The notes under the pieces are model-generated. The model had not been told where the DNA came from and searched no databases. It was given only the letters and a program-made list of their open reading frames with translations. From the IMG/VR virus record IMGVR_UViG_3300029825_000044, positions 1 through 25,685 of that record: a stretch of 25,685 nt of DNA, one strand, 5' to 3'. The translations under genes and the position numbers were made by a program. Shown here piece after piece: positions 9,913 to 18,414 of this stretch; the stretch's first letter is position 1, and each line of letters opens with the position of its first letter. This DNA comes from a virus. Taxonomy: Duplodnaviria > Caudoviricetes.

Positions 9913-11076
9913 TTAAGCTTTTGTCCCATGAACTATCGAACCAGGAACAGGAGCTGATGCTGAATAACAACTAGCTACATATTCAGTTATTCCTTTTCTT
10001 GCTTGTCTATCTGTTTCAATTCGGATCGGAATTAAAATATTTGCCTTGAAATATGTATTAATATTACCAATTACGAAATCGCCTTCAGCAAGGTTTTCAT
10101 CCACTTCCATTCTCATAGTACCAACAGATGAAACTCCGGAGTTGTTATTGAATATCGGATAAATAAAATCACCTGCAGCATCTTTTGCAAACAAAACAGC
10201 GTCATTAACATCTTGAGCAGCATAAATTTTTGCTCCTCTACGATATTTACCTTTTAATTGTTTAATTCCGGCAACAATTGCATCAACTTCTCCACCAGCA
10301 GCATATCCAGCAGCAACAGCTTTAAGAGCACCGATTGTGATACCTTTAACTTCATCATCAGTTCCTGTACCATAAATCAATTTTTCAGCCCAGTCATCAT
10401 TTAAATCAAGCAACATTTGATCAATAATATAAGCACCAAAATCAAAATCAGTTAATGATCTAACTTCATCAGTTACAGCAATAATTGTTTGTAAGTAACC
10501 TTTCATTAACTGTAATTTTGCCCATTCCATTTGATTTTCAAGTCCTGCAGCTCCTTCAACTTTCTTTCGGGCTTTATCTCTAGATTTTCTGTATGGGAAT
10601 TCTGTATATCCAGGAATATTTGTAAAATTGATATCCGCTAAAATTGGACTTAACTTGCCTTCTTCTTTCAACAACTCAAAAATTAAACGTGCTGAAATTA
10701 AAACTCCTGCATTATTAACTCCTTCAACAAGCTCAGTCGCTTGGGTAAATGTAGTAGCTGTTGTTGTTAAAGCTGTTCCTAAAGCTCTTGTTTCTGCTTC
10801 TGTAAAAGCTTTATTTCTAGCTTGCTTACCAGCTATAAGATTTAACTTATCACGTTTACTCATTTTTGTTAAATCTTGTTCTACTCTTGCTTCAGGTAGT
10901 TTCACAACATTAGCATTAGCAAACTTTTCTTCCATTCTTGCTTGTTTTTCTTCAAAAACTTTTTTTTGTTCAATCAATCCGTCTAGTTCAGAATTTAATT
11001 CATCACTAACGTTCCCTTTTCTAACTTCTTCTTGAATCACTTTAATTCTTTCCAATATTTCTAAATATGTTTTCAT
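9913..11076 (-). CDS. Major capsid protein, HK97 fold
   Basis: 387 aa with an N-terminal coiled-coil delta domain and motifs NNAGVLI, LIYGTG...KGI and GDFVIGN; follows portal and protease. Confidence 0.92.
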   Translation of the reverse strand: MKTYLEILERIKVIQEEVRKGNVSDELNSELDGLIEQKKVFEEKQARMEEKFANANVVKLPEARVEQDLTKMSKRDKLNLIAGKQARNKAFTEAETRALGTALTTTATTFTQATELVEGVNNAGVLISARLIFELLKEEGKLSPILADINFTNIPGYTEFPYRKSRDKARKKVEGAAGLENQMEWAKLQLMKGYLQTIIAVTDEVRSLTDFDFGAYIIDQMLLDLNDDWAEKLIYGTGTDDEVKGITIGALKAVAAGYAAGGEVDAIVAGIKQLKGKYRRGAKIYAAQDVNDAVLFAKDAAGDFIYPIFNNNSGVSSVGTMRMEVDENLAEGDFVIGNINTYFKANILIPIRIETDRQARKGITEYVASCYSASAPVPGSIVHGTKA

Positions 11077-11077
11077 T

Positions 11078-11758
11078 TTAGATTTCCCCTCCTACATTGG
11101 ATAATTTTATTTTCATTTCCATCTGCAACTGTTTTTTCTTTTTTTGCTCTTTACCACTCTCAAATGTTCGTTTATTATTCTCAAATAATTCTAACGATCG
11201 AGCAGAAACAGAAGTATCACTGTATGCTGGGATATCGACAATTGCGATATCATAAAGACGGTCAATTTTATTAATTTTTCTTAATGGAACTTCTAATTCC
11301 CAATCCCATTCTTGCCCACCAGGAGCAATTGTAAAAGCAAAACTACATTCAGAAAGCAGTCCTTCTTTGACAGATAAATAAACATCCCGATTTGAACTTG
11401 TATTTATTAATGTAGCTTTAAATTTTAATCCTATTTTATCAATTTCTAAACTTAAACTTTCATTTTTTGTTGAAGCTAGAAGTAAATATGAACCTTCATG
11501 ATTATATTTTAAAGGTACTTTTTTCATATCCGTTTCATCTAAAGCTTTTGAATCAATTACTTCTCTAAAACCGTAAGCTTCTGAACCAATAAGAGTTTGA
11601 TTATTAAACTTCAAAGCATAACCTTCAAGTTCCATAATTTCCTCATTATTTTCGTTTCGTTTCTCGACAAACTTAATATCAAATCCACTTCTCACTTCAG
11701 ATTGATTTAATAATTTGTCTCTATCTCTTTTTGAAAAATTTTCAAAATTAGGCTTCAT
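11078..11758 (-). CDS. Prohead maturation protease, HK97 family
   Basis: Motifs LEGYALKFN, FREVI, YNH, ECSFAF and IVDIPAYSDT. Confidence 0.92.
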   Translation of the reverse strand: MKPNFENFSKRDRDKLLNQSEVRSGFDIKFVEKRNENNEEIMELEGYALKFNNQTLIGSEAYGFREVIDSKALDETDMKKVPLKYNHEGSYLLLASTKNESLSLEIDKIGLKFKATLINTSSNRDVYLSVKEGLLSECSFAFTIAPGGQEWDWELEVPLRKINKIDRLYDIAIVDIPAYSDTSVSARSLELFENNKRTFESGKEQKKKKQLQMEMKIKLSNVGGEI

Positions 11759-12938
11759 TTGTTTTCTCCTTCACAATTTTATTTTTTGATAATTGATACT
11801 CACTTGCTTTTGATGCATCTATAAAATTCAAGCTCATTAAGCTCTTGTCTCCGCCTTCAATTGGTGGATATCCAAATAAGGATCTATATTCATTTTGGGT
11901 AAAAATACCTAGTTCTTTGGTATTTTGAACAAGATTTATTTTTGTTTGAGTTGATGCAACATCTAAACTATTTGATTGAACAATTATTTTTTCGCCTTTT
12001 GCAATATCACTATCAAAAAGCAATTTATTCATTAATTCATTTACTAATTTATTTGTAAATGTTTCTATATTTGTTTCGTAATAAGATTGCCATTGTATTT
12101 CTGTAAAATCTCCAGTAAGAATTGATTCACTAATGTTATGATATCTTAAAATCTTTTCTTCAAAAACTTTCATTTCATCAGCATTGGCATATTTTGCTTG
12201 TGAATTCACCTGTGTTAATGTAGTAGATGAATCCAAATAAGCAATGCCTGTCCCATCTTTTGCTAAATAAGTTTTTGCAAAATCTTCAGCTTTTTGTTTT
12301 CGATCAGAATCTTTTAAAGGCCCACTATGTGTCAATACAAACCTTAAAAATGCTGAAGTTTTGATTGCTTGTTCAATTCCTTCATAGTTGGTATTAATCA
12401 CTTTTAGAATTTTATCAATTGCTGGAGAGGTTGTTCCAAAGATCCCATTGGTATCAACATTTCTAGTAAGATGAATAACATTTTTAATGTCGGTTGTTAT
12501 TGATTCTCCATTTAGATTAAACTTTAAATAAATATCTTCTCCATCTGCTCTTACTTCTGTCGAGATAGGATCTATAATCCATAACGCCTTTACAGGTTCT
12601 TTTAGATTATTTACGTTCCAATCAATATAAATAAATGCATTATTTTCTAGATAATAATTTGTTGCAACTTTTTCCCAAAATGAACCACCTTCCATTATTG
12701 GGTTTGGTGATATACATAGTTTTTTTGTTAAATAATTTTTAGTAGGAGCATCATTTAAAAACACCTTAGGCTTAATTTTTGATATATGTTTAGCATGGGT
12801 ATTAACACAAGCCATAAATGTATCGTTAAGTTTTGGGTTAACAGTACTTGAAAAGAATGGAGTAAATAAATTTACAAGTTTTTGTGATTTTAAATATTTA
12901 TCTTTTTTTGGTTTTAAAAATACTGATAATATTCCCAT
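11748..12938 (-). CDS. Portal protein, HK97 family
   Basis: 396 aa with motifs PNPIM, NNAFIYI, VIHL and TQNEYRSLFGYPPIEGGD. Confidence 0.92.
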   Translation of the reverse strand: MGILSVFLKPKKDKYLKSQKLVNLFTPFFSSTVNPKLNDTFMACVNTHAKHISKIKPKVFLNDAPTKNYLTKKLCISPNPIMEGGSFWEKVATNYYLENNAFIYIDWNVNNLKEPVKALWIIDPISTEVRADGEDIYLKFNLNGESITTDIKNVIHLTRNVDTNGIFGTTSPAIDKILKVINTNYEGIEQAIKTSAFLRFVLTHSGPLKDSDRKQKAEDFAKTYLAKDGTGIAYLDSSTTLTQVNSQAKYANADEMKVFEEKILRYHNISESILTGDFTEIQWQSYYETNIETFTNKLVNELMNKLLFDSDIAKGEKIIVQSNSLDVASTQTKINLVQNTKELGIFTQNEYRSLFGYPPIEGGDKSLMSLNFIDASKASEYQLSKNKIVKEKTNEA

Positions 12939-12940
12939 AT

Positions 12941-14710
12941 CTACTCCTCTTCTTCCTCTGACTCATATTCATCTTCAATAAAATATTCTTTATATTTACA
13001 ATAGCTTACATAAGCATTTATAATTGTTGCTACTCCATCAATTTTTCTTTCATAACTACCTTTTTTAGGCATATAATTCCCATTGCGGTCTTTTTCCAGT
13101 TCTACATTACTAAAACACCATTTTGTTACTGGATTATTTTGATAACATAAACGTTTTTCTTTTACATCAGCTTCAACTTCTTGCATTGGAATACTTAGAG
13201 TTTTAAATCCTTGAATTGTTGGAATCAAAATATGATCTTTTGAATATCCCATTTGGGATAATTCTTCAATTAAATACTGTGCTGAGTATGAGTCATAATT
13301 TATGTACTGATATTTCCATCCATACTTTTCATAATTTCCGATAATATAATCTGCAATATCATGATAATTAATTAATTCATTACCTGAAACTCTTATAAAT
13401 TCTCTTTCAACCCATTTTTTTAAAGGGACCTTAGTTGCACTATCAAGATATTTTTGAGTGATCCAATACATTGTTTCTGCAATTACTTTTTTATTTTTTG
13501 TATCAAATAAAAGAGTTGTTACAGCTGTCATATCTCCAGTTCTTGATAAGTCAAATCCTCCAAGAACAATAGAATCCTTGAATTGTTCTAAATCATAGAC
13601 TTCTTCATTATTGAATTCATCAAATTTAAGCCACGCTACTCTACTTGCTTGTCTAACGTTAAACGATTTACATAATAAGTTTGTTAATTGATTTGGATTA
13701 TTAATTGCTCTCTTTACTTCTTCATGTAAATCAGAAATTGATAAAGATACTCCTAAATTTGGATTAGCTTTTATCCAACAAGTATAATCTTTATATTCAC
13801 TTTCATTGTCCAATTCATAACAAAATACAAGAAGTCTATCATCTTCATAAACTTTATCAAGAACATTTTCGTCATATTCATAAATTTCATCAAATGTAGA
13901 TGATCGTGTTTCTCCCATAGTTGAAGTGATTAACTCAATAGGTTGTTTTCTTGCTTTAGTACCATCCCACAAAACATCAATTAAGTTAGAGTCTGTAATA
14001 GCATGTAACTCGTCAATATAACTTAAATGTACATGTAATCCATCTAGTTTTTTTGATTCCTTAGAAACTGGTTGATAAAAACTATCACTAAATGGTTTAG
14101 TATAAATTCCATTAACCGTTAATCTAAATCGATTGACTAATGCGGGATTCTGTTTAATCATCACATTAGCCATATTCCAACCAATTTTTGCTTGATCACG
14201 TTTTGTAGCTGCACTATAGCATTCTGCTCCAGCTTCTCCACCAGCCAATAATTCGTAAAGAATAATACATGCTGCGAGCATTGTTTTCCCATTTTTTCGT
14301 GCTATGTATAAATGCAACTTTCGATATTTTCTAAATCCTGTATCAACTGAAACAAAGCCGTAAAGAGCATAAATTATAGCCTTTTGCCAAAGTTCTAATT
14401 TTATTAATTTACCTTTTAGATCTCCTTTGGTATGTTGGCAAAATGTCTCTATGAAGCTAATAACTCTATTTGCTTTATCATAATCAAATACAAAATATTC
14501 TTTTACTTTTGTACCATCAAAATTAAGGTTTTCAATAAAGTTTGTTTCCGGATTATCTAAATAACCAACCAACTTTTTAAGTTGTTGTTTTATTTTTTTA
14601 GATGCATTAATTTGACCTTTTATAATTTTGTCATAGTATTCAACTATGTAATTTATCGGTTTTAGTTTTTGAGATGAAACCTCAGTTATGTGGTATGTTC
14701 TCTGTTCCAT
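12941..14710 (-). CDS. terL: Terminase large subunit
   Basis: Adenine-binding LELWQ, Walker A ARKNGKT, Walker B YIDELH, WIKANPNLG; nuclease residues in GFDLS and KIDG. Confidence 0.95.
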   Translation of the reverse strand: MEQRTYHITEVSSQKLKPINYIVEYYDKIIKGQINASKKIKQQLKKLVGYLDNPETNFIENLNFDGTKVKEYFVFDYDKANRVISFIETFCQHTKGDLKGKLIKLELWQKAIIYALYGFVSVDTGFRKYRKLHLYIARKNGKTMLAACIILYELLAGGEAGAECYSAATKRDQAKIGWNMANVMIKQNPALVNRFRLTVNGIYTKPFSDSFYQPVSKESKKLDGLHVHLSYIDELHAITDSNLIDVLWDGTKARKQPIELITSTMGETRSSTFDEIYEYDENVLDKVYEDDRLLVFCYELDNESEYKDYTCWIKANPNLGVSLSISDLHEEVKRAINNPNQLTNLLCKSFNVRQASRVAWLKFDEFNNEEVYDLEQFKDSIVLGGFDLSRTGDMTAVTTLLFDTKNKKVIAETMYWITQKYLDSATKVPLKKWVEREFIRVSGNELINYHDIADYIIGNYEKYGWKYQYINYDSYSAQYLIEELSQMGYSKDHILIPTIQGFKTLSIPMQEVEADVKEKRLCYQNNPVTKWCFSNVELEKDRNGNYMPKKGSYERKIDGVATIINAYVSYCKYKEYFIEDEYESEEEEE

Positions 14711-15087
14711 TTTTCAAAAGGATCGCCATCAGCTACACCACCAGGCAACATCTCTCTAAATTGTTTTAAATACATATTATAATTTTTACCGACTGAAATT
14801 ATTAGATCAGATGCAATTGATTTTTTTAAACCTTGTTGATTTTTACCATTTGTATAAATTTCGTAATAGCCATCTCGTTTTATTAGTTCTCTTAACTCCT
14901 CAAGTTGAACTACACTAAAAGCAATATTATCAATCAGAGGTAGAGATAGAATTTTTGTATCAATAGGAAGTTCTTTAATTAATCTTTTAAGTTTGTTCTT
15001 TTCTCGTTTGATTTTAGTAACTCTTTCTTCATCAGTAAAGAATTTTCCATCTTCTACAAGAATTTCATTAAATTCATCAAAATTCAT
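14686..15087 (-). CDS. terS: Terminase small subunit (P27-like)
   Basis: 133 aa immediately upstream of terL; motif LRELIKRDG...YTNGKNQQG. Confidence 0.8.
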   Translation of the reverse strand: MNFDEFNEILVEDGKFFTDEERVTKIKREKNKLKRLIKELPIDTKILSLPLIDNIAFSVVQLEELRELIKRDGYYEIYTNGKNQQGLKKSIASDLIISVGKNYNMYLKQFREMLPGGVADGDPFEKWNREHTT

Positions 15088-15182
15088 TTATCTACACCCC
15101 CTATCAAGCCTCGTGTGTCAAAAACAAAACGCCTCTCCCGGTTAAGCAGTATCATCAATTTTAAAACGACCCCCGGGGGTAC
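15088..15182. other. Putative cos region
   Basis: GC-rich intergenic island between HNH and terS. It holds the perfect palindrome ACCCCCGGGGGT (15169-15180) and the purine-rich CCGGGAGAGGC (minus strand, 15141-15131), the usual layout in HNH-TerS-TerL cos phages. Confidence 0.6.
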
Positions 15183-15482
15183 TTACTGTTTTTTTATAAT
15201 ATTTCCTTCAGAATCAAAGGATAAATCATCTCGAATATATATATTTTCATACCTTTCAGCATTATGGCAGCTTGTACACAACAATTCAAAGTTATTTGGA
15301 TTGAGACTTATCTCAGGATCTTTAAAGTTAGCAAGGGTTAATGGTATCTTGTGATGAACTTCCCAGCCTGCTTCTCCACATTTATTACATATCCCACGTT
15401 GCTTAATTAGAAATTCTTTTCTAGCATTTCTCCACAACTTACTCTGATAAAACTTTTTAAGTTCTTTAATTGGTGCTGGCAT
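15183..15482 (-). CDS. Terminase-associated HNH endonuclease (HK97 gp74-like)
   Basis: FYQSKLW, CNKC, EVHHKIPL, N..LLCTSCHN. The likely start is ATG 15482 after GAGGTG; the track's 15527 start lies in the promoter. Confidence 0.88.
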   Translation of the reverse strand: MPAPIKELKKFYQSKLWRNARKEFLIKQRGICNKCGEAGWEVHHKIPLTLANFKDPEISLNPNNFELLCTSCHNAERYENIYIRDDLSFDSEGNIIKKQ

Positions 15483-15498
15483 TTTATTCTTCACCTCA

Positions 15499-15549
15499 AT
15501 TCTAACACAGTATTTTTGACTTGTCATTCAACTAATTATAGACAGTTTT
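15499..15549 (-). promoter_or_regulatory. Putative late promoter with upstream activator-binding element
   Basis: ATGACA (15527-15522) - 17 bp - TAGAAT (15504-15499) with an extended -10 TG. It is preceded by AAAACTGTCTATAATTAGTTGA, which recurs at 24685-24706, and lies directly after the regulator gene. Confidence 0.6.
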
Positions 15550-15552
15550 TGT

Positions 15553-15960
15553 TTATCTAGTGATTTCTATATAATTTTTAAATTTATTAAATATTTCTGA
15601 ACGAATTTTATATACGTATTGTTTTGTATACCCTAGTTTAGATGCGACTTCACTTGCCGGAGTATGATTTATTATAGATTCGTAATAGATGTCATAAATT
15701 GCATCTTTAAAATTCTCAGGAAAGTTTTTAATTATCCGTTTCATTTCTGACAATTTTTGTTGTTGAACTTTTAACAATACTTTTCTAGCATCTAATTTTA
15801 TTTTTAACAAGTGAACATTCCCATGATCATTAAAACTAATAGCATTATCTAATTCAATCTCAATACTACTTATCATAATTTTAGAAGTTTCAATAGAAAT
15901 TTCTAGACTATGATAATCATAGAAATATGAATCAACAATATTATATTTTTTATTTACCAT
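15553..15960 (-). CDS. Putative late transcriptional activator (ArpU/RinA/sigma region 4-like HTH)
   Basis: Coiled coil plus C-terminal HTH (ASEVASKLGYTKQYVYKIR); last gene before the packaging module. Confidence 0.7.
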   Translation of the reverse strand: MVNKKYNIVDSYFYDYHSLEISIETSKIMISSIEIELDNAISFNDHGNVHLLKIKLDARKVLLKVQQQKLSEMKRIIKNFPENFKDAIYDIYYESIINHTPASEVASKLGYTKQYVYKIRSEIFNKFKNYIEITR

Positions 15961-16834
15961 GAGAACCTCCTGTTATATTCTGATAAACATTATTAAACAT
16001 GTCTTGCAATCCATTATCAACTTTATTTTCATCTACTACAAATTGATTATTAGTTTCTTTAACTTTATTTTGCTGTAAAGGAAATATACCTCTCCATCCG
16101 TTTAAAATAGATTGATCAAGTATATCTATTTTTTCTTCAATAGTTTTAGTAGTTGATAAAGTGTCTAATTTTTTAATCATTAAATCAACAGCTCTTTCAG
16201 TCATTGGTGCTTTAATCTTTTTCCTAAAATCAATGAATTCAATAATAGCGTGATTTAAATTAATATCATCAACAAAATAATTCTTTTTATTATTTATATT
16301 AATATTATTAATATTATTAATATCTAGTTCTTCTTCTATTTCTTTATCTATTGCGTTACTTGGCGTTACTCCATCGTTATGCGTAACGTTACTAATAACG
16401 TTACCGCCTTTTTTATGTTCAATTTCTTTCATTTCATGAGATTGTAATTCTTTTAATTTCTTCCTATGTTTAGATTGTCTTTTAGCATTTTGAAGTCTTA
16501 TTTTATCTAATCCATCTACGTTTTGATATTTATCCCAGTTTGACAACATGTAGACATCTTCAATTTGTTCAACCATTCTATAACGTTTAAAAACTTGAAT
16601 AGCATATTTTACAAATGTCTCATCATATCCCATTTCAACTGATAGCATTTCATCAGTATATGGAAAGTCTTGTTCAAAATATAGAAATCCATTCTCATTA
16701 CATTCACCAGCAAGTTGCATTATTTCATACCAAAAAAGAGCTATTTTATAACCATCTGGCAATGCTTTAATTTGCTGCATAGTTTTGCCTTTTCTAGCTG
16801 CAACTATTACTTTGATCCATTTTACTTCTGCCAT
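15950..16834 (-). CDS. Phage replisome organizer / replication initiator
   Basis: N-terminal MAEVKWIK...LAG..N..G...PYTDEML...NWDKYQN; low-complexity linker; C-terminal FIDFRKKIKAPMT...QSILNGWRGIF domain. Confidence 0.88.
   Translation of the reverse strand: MAEVKWIKVIVAARKGKTMQQIKALPDGYKIALFWYEIMQLAGECNENGFLYFEQDFPYTDEMLSVEMGYDETFVKYAIQVFKRYRMVEQIEDVYMLSNWDKYQNVDGLDKIRLQNAKRQSKHRKKLKELQSHEMKEIEHKKGGNVISNVTHNDGVTPSNAIDKEIEEELDINNINNININNKKNYFVDDINLNHAIIEFIDFRKKIKAPMTERAVDLMIKKLDTLSTTKTIEEKIDILDQSILNGWRGIFPLQQNKVKETNNQFVVDENKVDNGLQDMFNNVYQNITGGSHGK
16285..16405. repeat. Putative replication origin (iteron-like repeats plus AT-rich tract) inside the initiator gene
   Basis: GCGTTACT x2 (16353, 16363), CGTTAT, palindrome GTAACGTTAC (16383-16392) and TAACGTTAC, next to an A/T-only tract at about 16285-16323. 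Confidence 0.55.
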
Positions 16835-16855
16835 TATTTCGCCCCATTCCCAATT

Positions 16856-17068
16856 TTAATTACATTTTTTAAGATATTTAATTTTAACTAATTTAAATCC
16901 ACGATTACTATTAACAGCATCACCAAAGTTTACTATGCACTCATCCTTTCTGTTAAAAGCTTGTCCAGGACCGTAAAGAACCGTTCCAGTAATACCAACT
17001 AATCCAGGTTCCATACCGATGTAATCTACTTGATCACCAGTTTTAAAAGGTTTATTTTTTTTAAACAT
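16856..17068 (-). CDS. Small hypothetical protein (SH3/KOW-like start FKTGDQV)
   Basis: 70-aa ORF with SD GAGG, in operon. Confidence 0.6.
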   Translation of the reverse strand: MFKKNKPFKTGDQVDYIGMEPGLVGITGTVLYGPGQAFNRKDECIVNFGDAVNSNRGFKLVKIKYLKKCN

Positions 17069-17419
17069 TTATTTATCCTCTATAATTTTTTCTTTAATTT
17101 CAACATCGAAATTACAATAATCGCATGGTTCTAGATCACCAGTATTATTAGCTAATCCACGTAAACAAAAATCAACTCCATCATGATGTTTACTTCGATT
17201 CGGACAATATTTTAATTTAGGCATTGATGCTTTTTCTTTTTGATTTAAAGGTAAATTTAACAAATATATTTCTTCTGGTTCTTCTAACAAACAAAGTTCA
17301 TCGCCATTTTGAAATGATATAAGACTTCCCCCGCCTTTTCTTGAAAGACAATATCTTATACTATTCATATTGATAAAGATTGGCTTTTTATCATAAAAAG
17401 TTGTTAATTTTTTAAACAT
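17069..17419 (-). CDS. Hypothetical protein with FlbD-like N-terminus and Cys-rich C-terminus
   Basis: KLT...IFINMNSI...ISFQNG...EEPEEI pattern; CP...C...CDYC tail; SD AAAGGA. Confidence 0.55.
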   Translation of the reverse strand: MFKKLTTFYDKKPIFINMNSIRYCLSRKGGGSLISFQNGDELCLLEEPEEIYLLNLPLNQKEKASMPKLKYCPNRSKHHDGVDFCLRGLANNTGDLEPCDYCNFDVEIKEKIIEDK

Positions 17420-17467
17420 TTTTTACACTTTTCCTTTCGTGTTTTTACCTATTTTTTCTCTTTCTGT

Positions 17468-17496
17468 ATTTGACATAATAGGTAAGACTGTCAAAT
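17468..17496. other. dif-like putative tyrosine recombinase site
   Basis: ATTTGACATAA-TAGGTAA-GACTGTCAAAT: 11-7-11 layout with perfect 8-bp outer inverted arms. One arm reads TTATGTCAAAT on the minus strand, against the E. coli XerD arm TTATGTTAAAT. Confidence 0.55.
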
Positions 17497-17557
17497 TCAA
17501 AATTGATATTTTTAAGAGTGCTATTTCTAGCTGCAACTACTACATTTTTAACAATTT

Positions 17558-17605
17558 CACCCCAAAACGGCCCTTTTTATCTATTCATAAGCCGTTTCTG
17601 GGGCG
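17558..17605. other. GC-rich inverted repeat / hairpin
   Basis: CCCCAAAACGGC ... GCCGTTTCTGGGG (one bulge) in an AT-rich intergenic region. Confidence 0.55.
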
Positions 17606-17634
17606 ATTATCTTATTTTTGCCTACCTTTATCAA
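17606..17634 (-). promoter_or_regulatory. Possible sigma70-type promoter facing the replication genes
   Basis: TTGATA (17634-17629) - 17 bp - GATAAT (17611-17606). Chance matches are common at this AT content. Confidence 0.3.
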
Positions 17635-17721
17635 CATAACTTTTTTGTATGTTTTTTATTTGTATTTACAAAAATTATTTATGACAAATACGAGTATTTT
17701 TTGCTTTTTATTTATCCTTAA

Positions 17722-17994
17722 TTATTTCCTAGCAACAACAATACTTGTTTTATCCTTTTCATTAGCTAGATCAATACCAACTTCATAGTCAGAATATTCT
17801 ATTTCATATTCTTCTTTCCAGGATTCTAAAAATTGCATGTCTATCATCCCACAATCATAAAGTAATTTTTTATGAATTAAAGATGCATGTTTGTTATTCA
17901 TAATTTTAGTGATCATCATAGGAGTTTTAACTTCTGTAAAATTAAAAGCAACGACGTCGCCAACTTTAAATATTTTCCTTTTTGAAGTATTCAT
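17722..17994 (-). CDS. Hypothetical protein (FKVGDVV start)
   Basis: 90-aa ORF overlapping the upstream gene. Confidence 0.6.
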   Translation of the reverse strand: MNTSKRKIFKVGDVVAFNFTEVKTPMMITKIMNNKHASLIHKKLLYDCGMIDMQFLESWKEEYEIEYSDYEVGIDLANEKDKTSIVVARK

Positions 17995-18166
17995 TTTTTA
18001 ACCTTTCTACTTTTTCTAGTTCTGATTCTTTACAATAATAAACTAATCCATTTTTCATAATTATAAAACAACTGCGTTTGAGAATATGTTTAATATTTTC
18101 AAGATCTATCAGCATTGGTCCGTTAATAGTTTCAATTTCAACAATCCCAATGGTTTCTTTATTCAT
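17966..18166 (-). CDS. Hypothetical protein, FlbD-like
   Basis: 66 aa; NGPMLIDLENIKHI...IIMKNG...CKES pattern; SD AAGGTG. Confidence 0.55.
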   Translation of the reverse strand: MNKETIGIVEIETINGPMLIDLENIKHILKRSCFIIMKNGLVYYCKESELEKVERLKNEYFKKENI

Positions 18167-18414
18167 TAAAATTCACCTTCTTCATCACCAAGCATAAGTG
18201 TTTTAACACTTTTTCTACCTTCATATTCAGAAAAATGTTTTTCAGCCTTTAAAACTAAAGATGCATTTTGGATAATTGCTTTACTGACTTCTACTACAGC
18301 TTTACTTCTTTTTATTTCTTTATCTAACTGTTCTTCAGTTAAATCTTCATCATTCAAACGTTCAATAATTTCAAATAGATGGTTATGAAGATCAATTTGT
18401 TTATTTCTTGGCAT
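18166..18414 (-). CDS. Conserved small phage protein typically paired with HNH genes
   Basis: DLHNHLFEIIERLNDEDL...EIKRSKAV...IIQNASLVLKA, a recurrent phage family; SD AAAGGAG. Confidence 0.7.
   Translation of the reverse strand: MPRNKQIDLHNHLFEIIERLNDEDLTEEQLDKEIKRSKAVVEVSKAIIQNASLVLKAEKHFSEYEGRKSVKTLMLGDEEGEF

Noticed and set aside
17519-17535. TGCAGCTAGAAATAGCA (minus) resembles the Cas9 sgRNA tetraloop and the end of a ToxI repeat
   Set aside because: The match is only 13-14 nt, single copy, with no flanking scaffold, tandem array, cas or toxN gene. It is most simply a GNRA hairpin.
17439-17721. Two plus-strand ORFs (66 and 72 aa) in the intergenic region
   Set aside because: They have non-ATG starts, no SD and Phe-rich low-complexity translations from T-rich DNA. 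The region is better explained by DNA/RNA sites.
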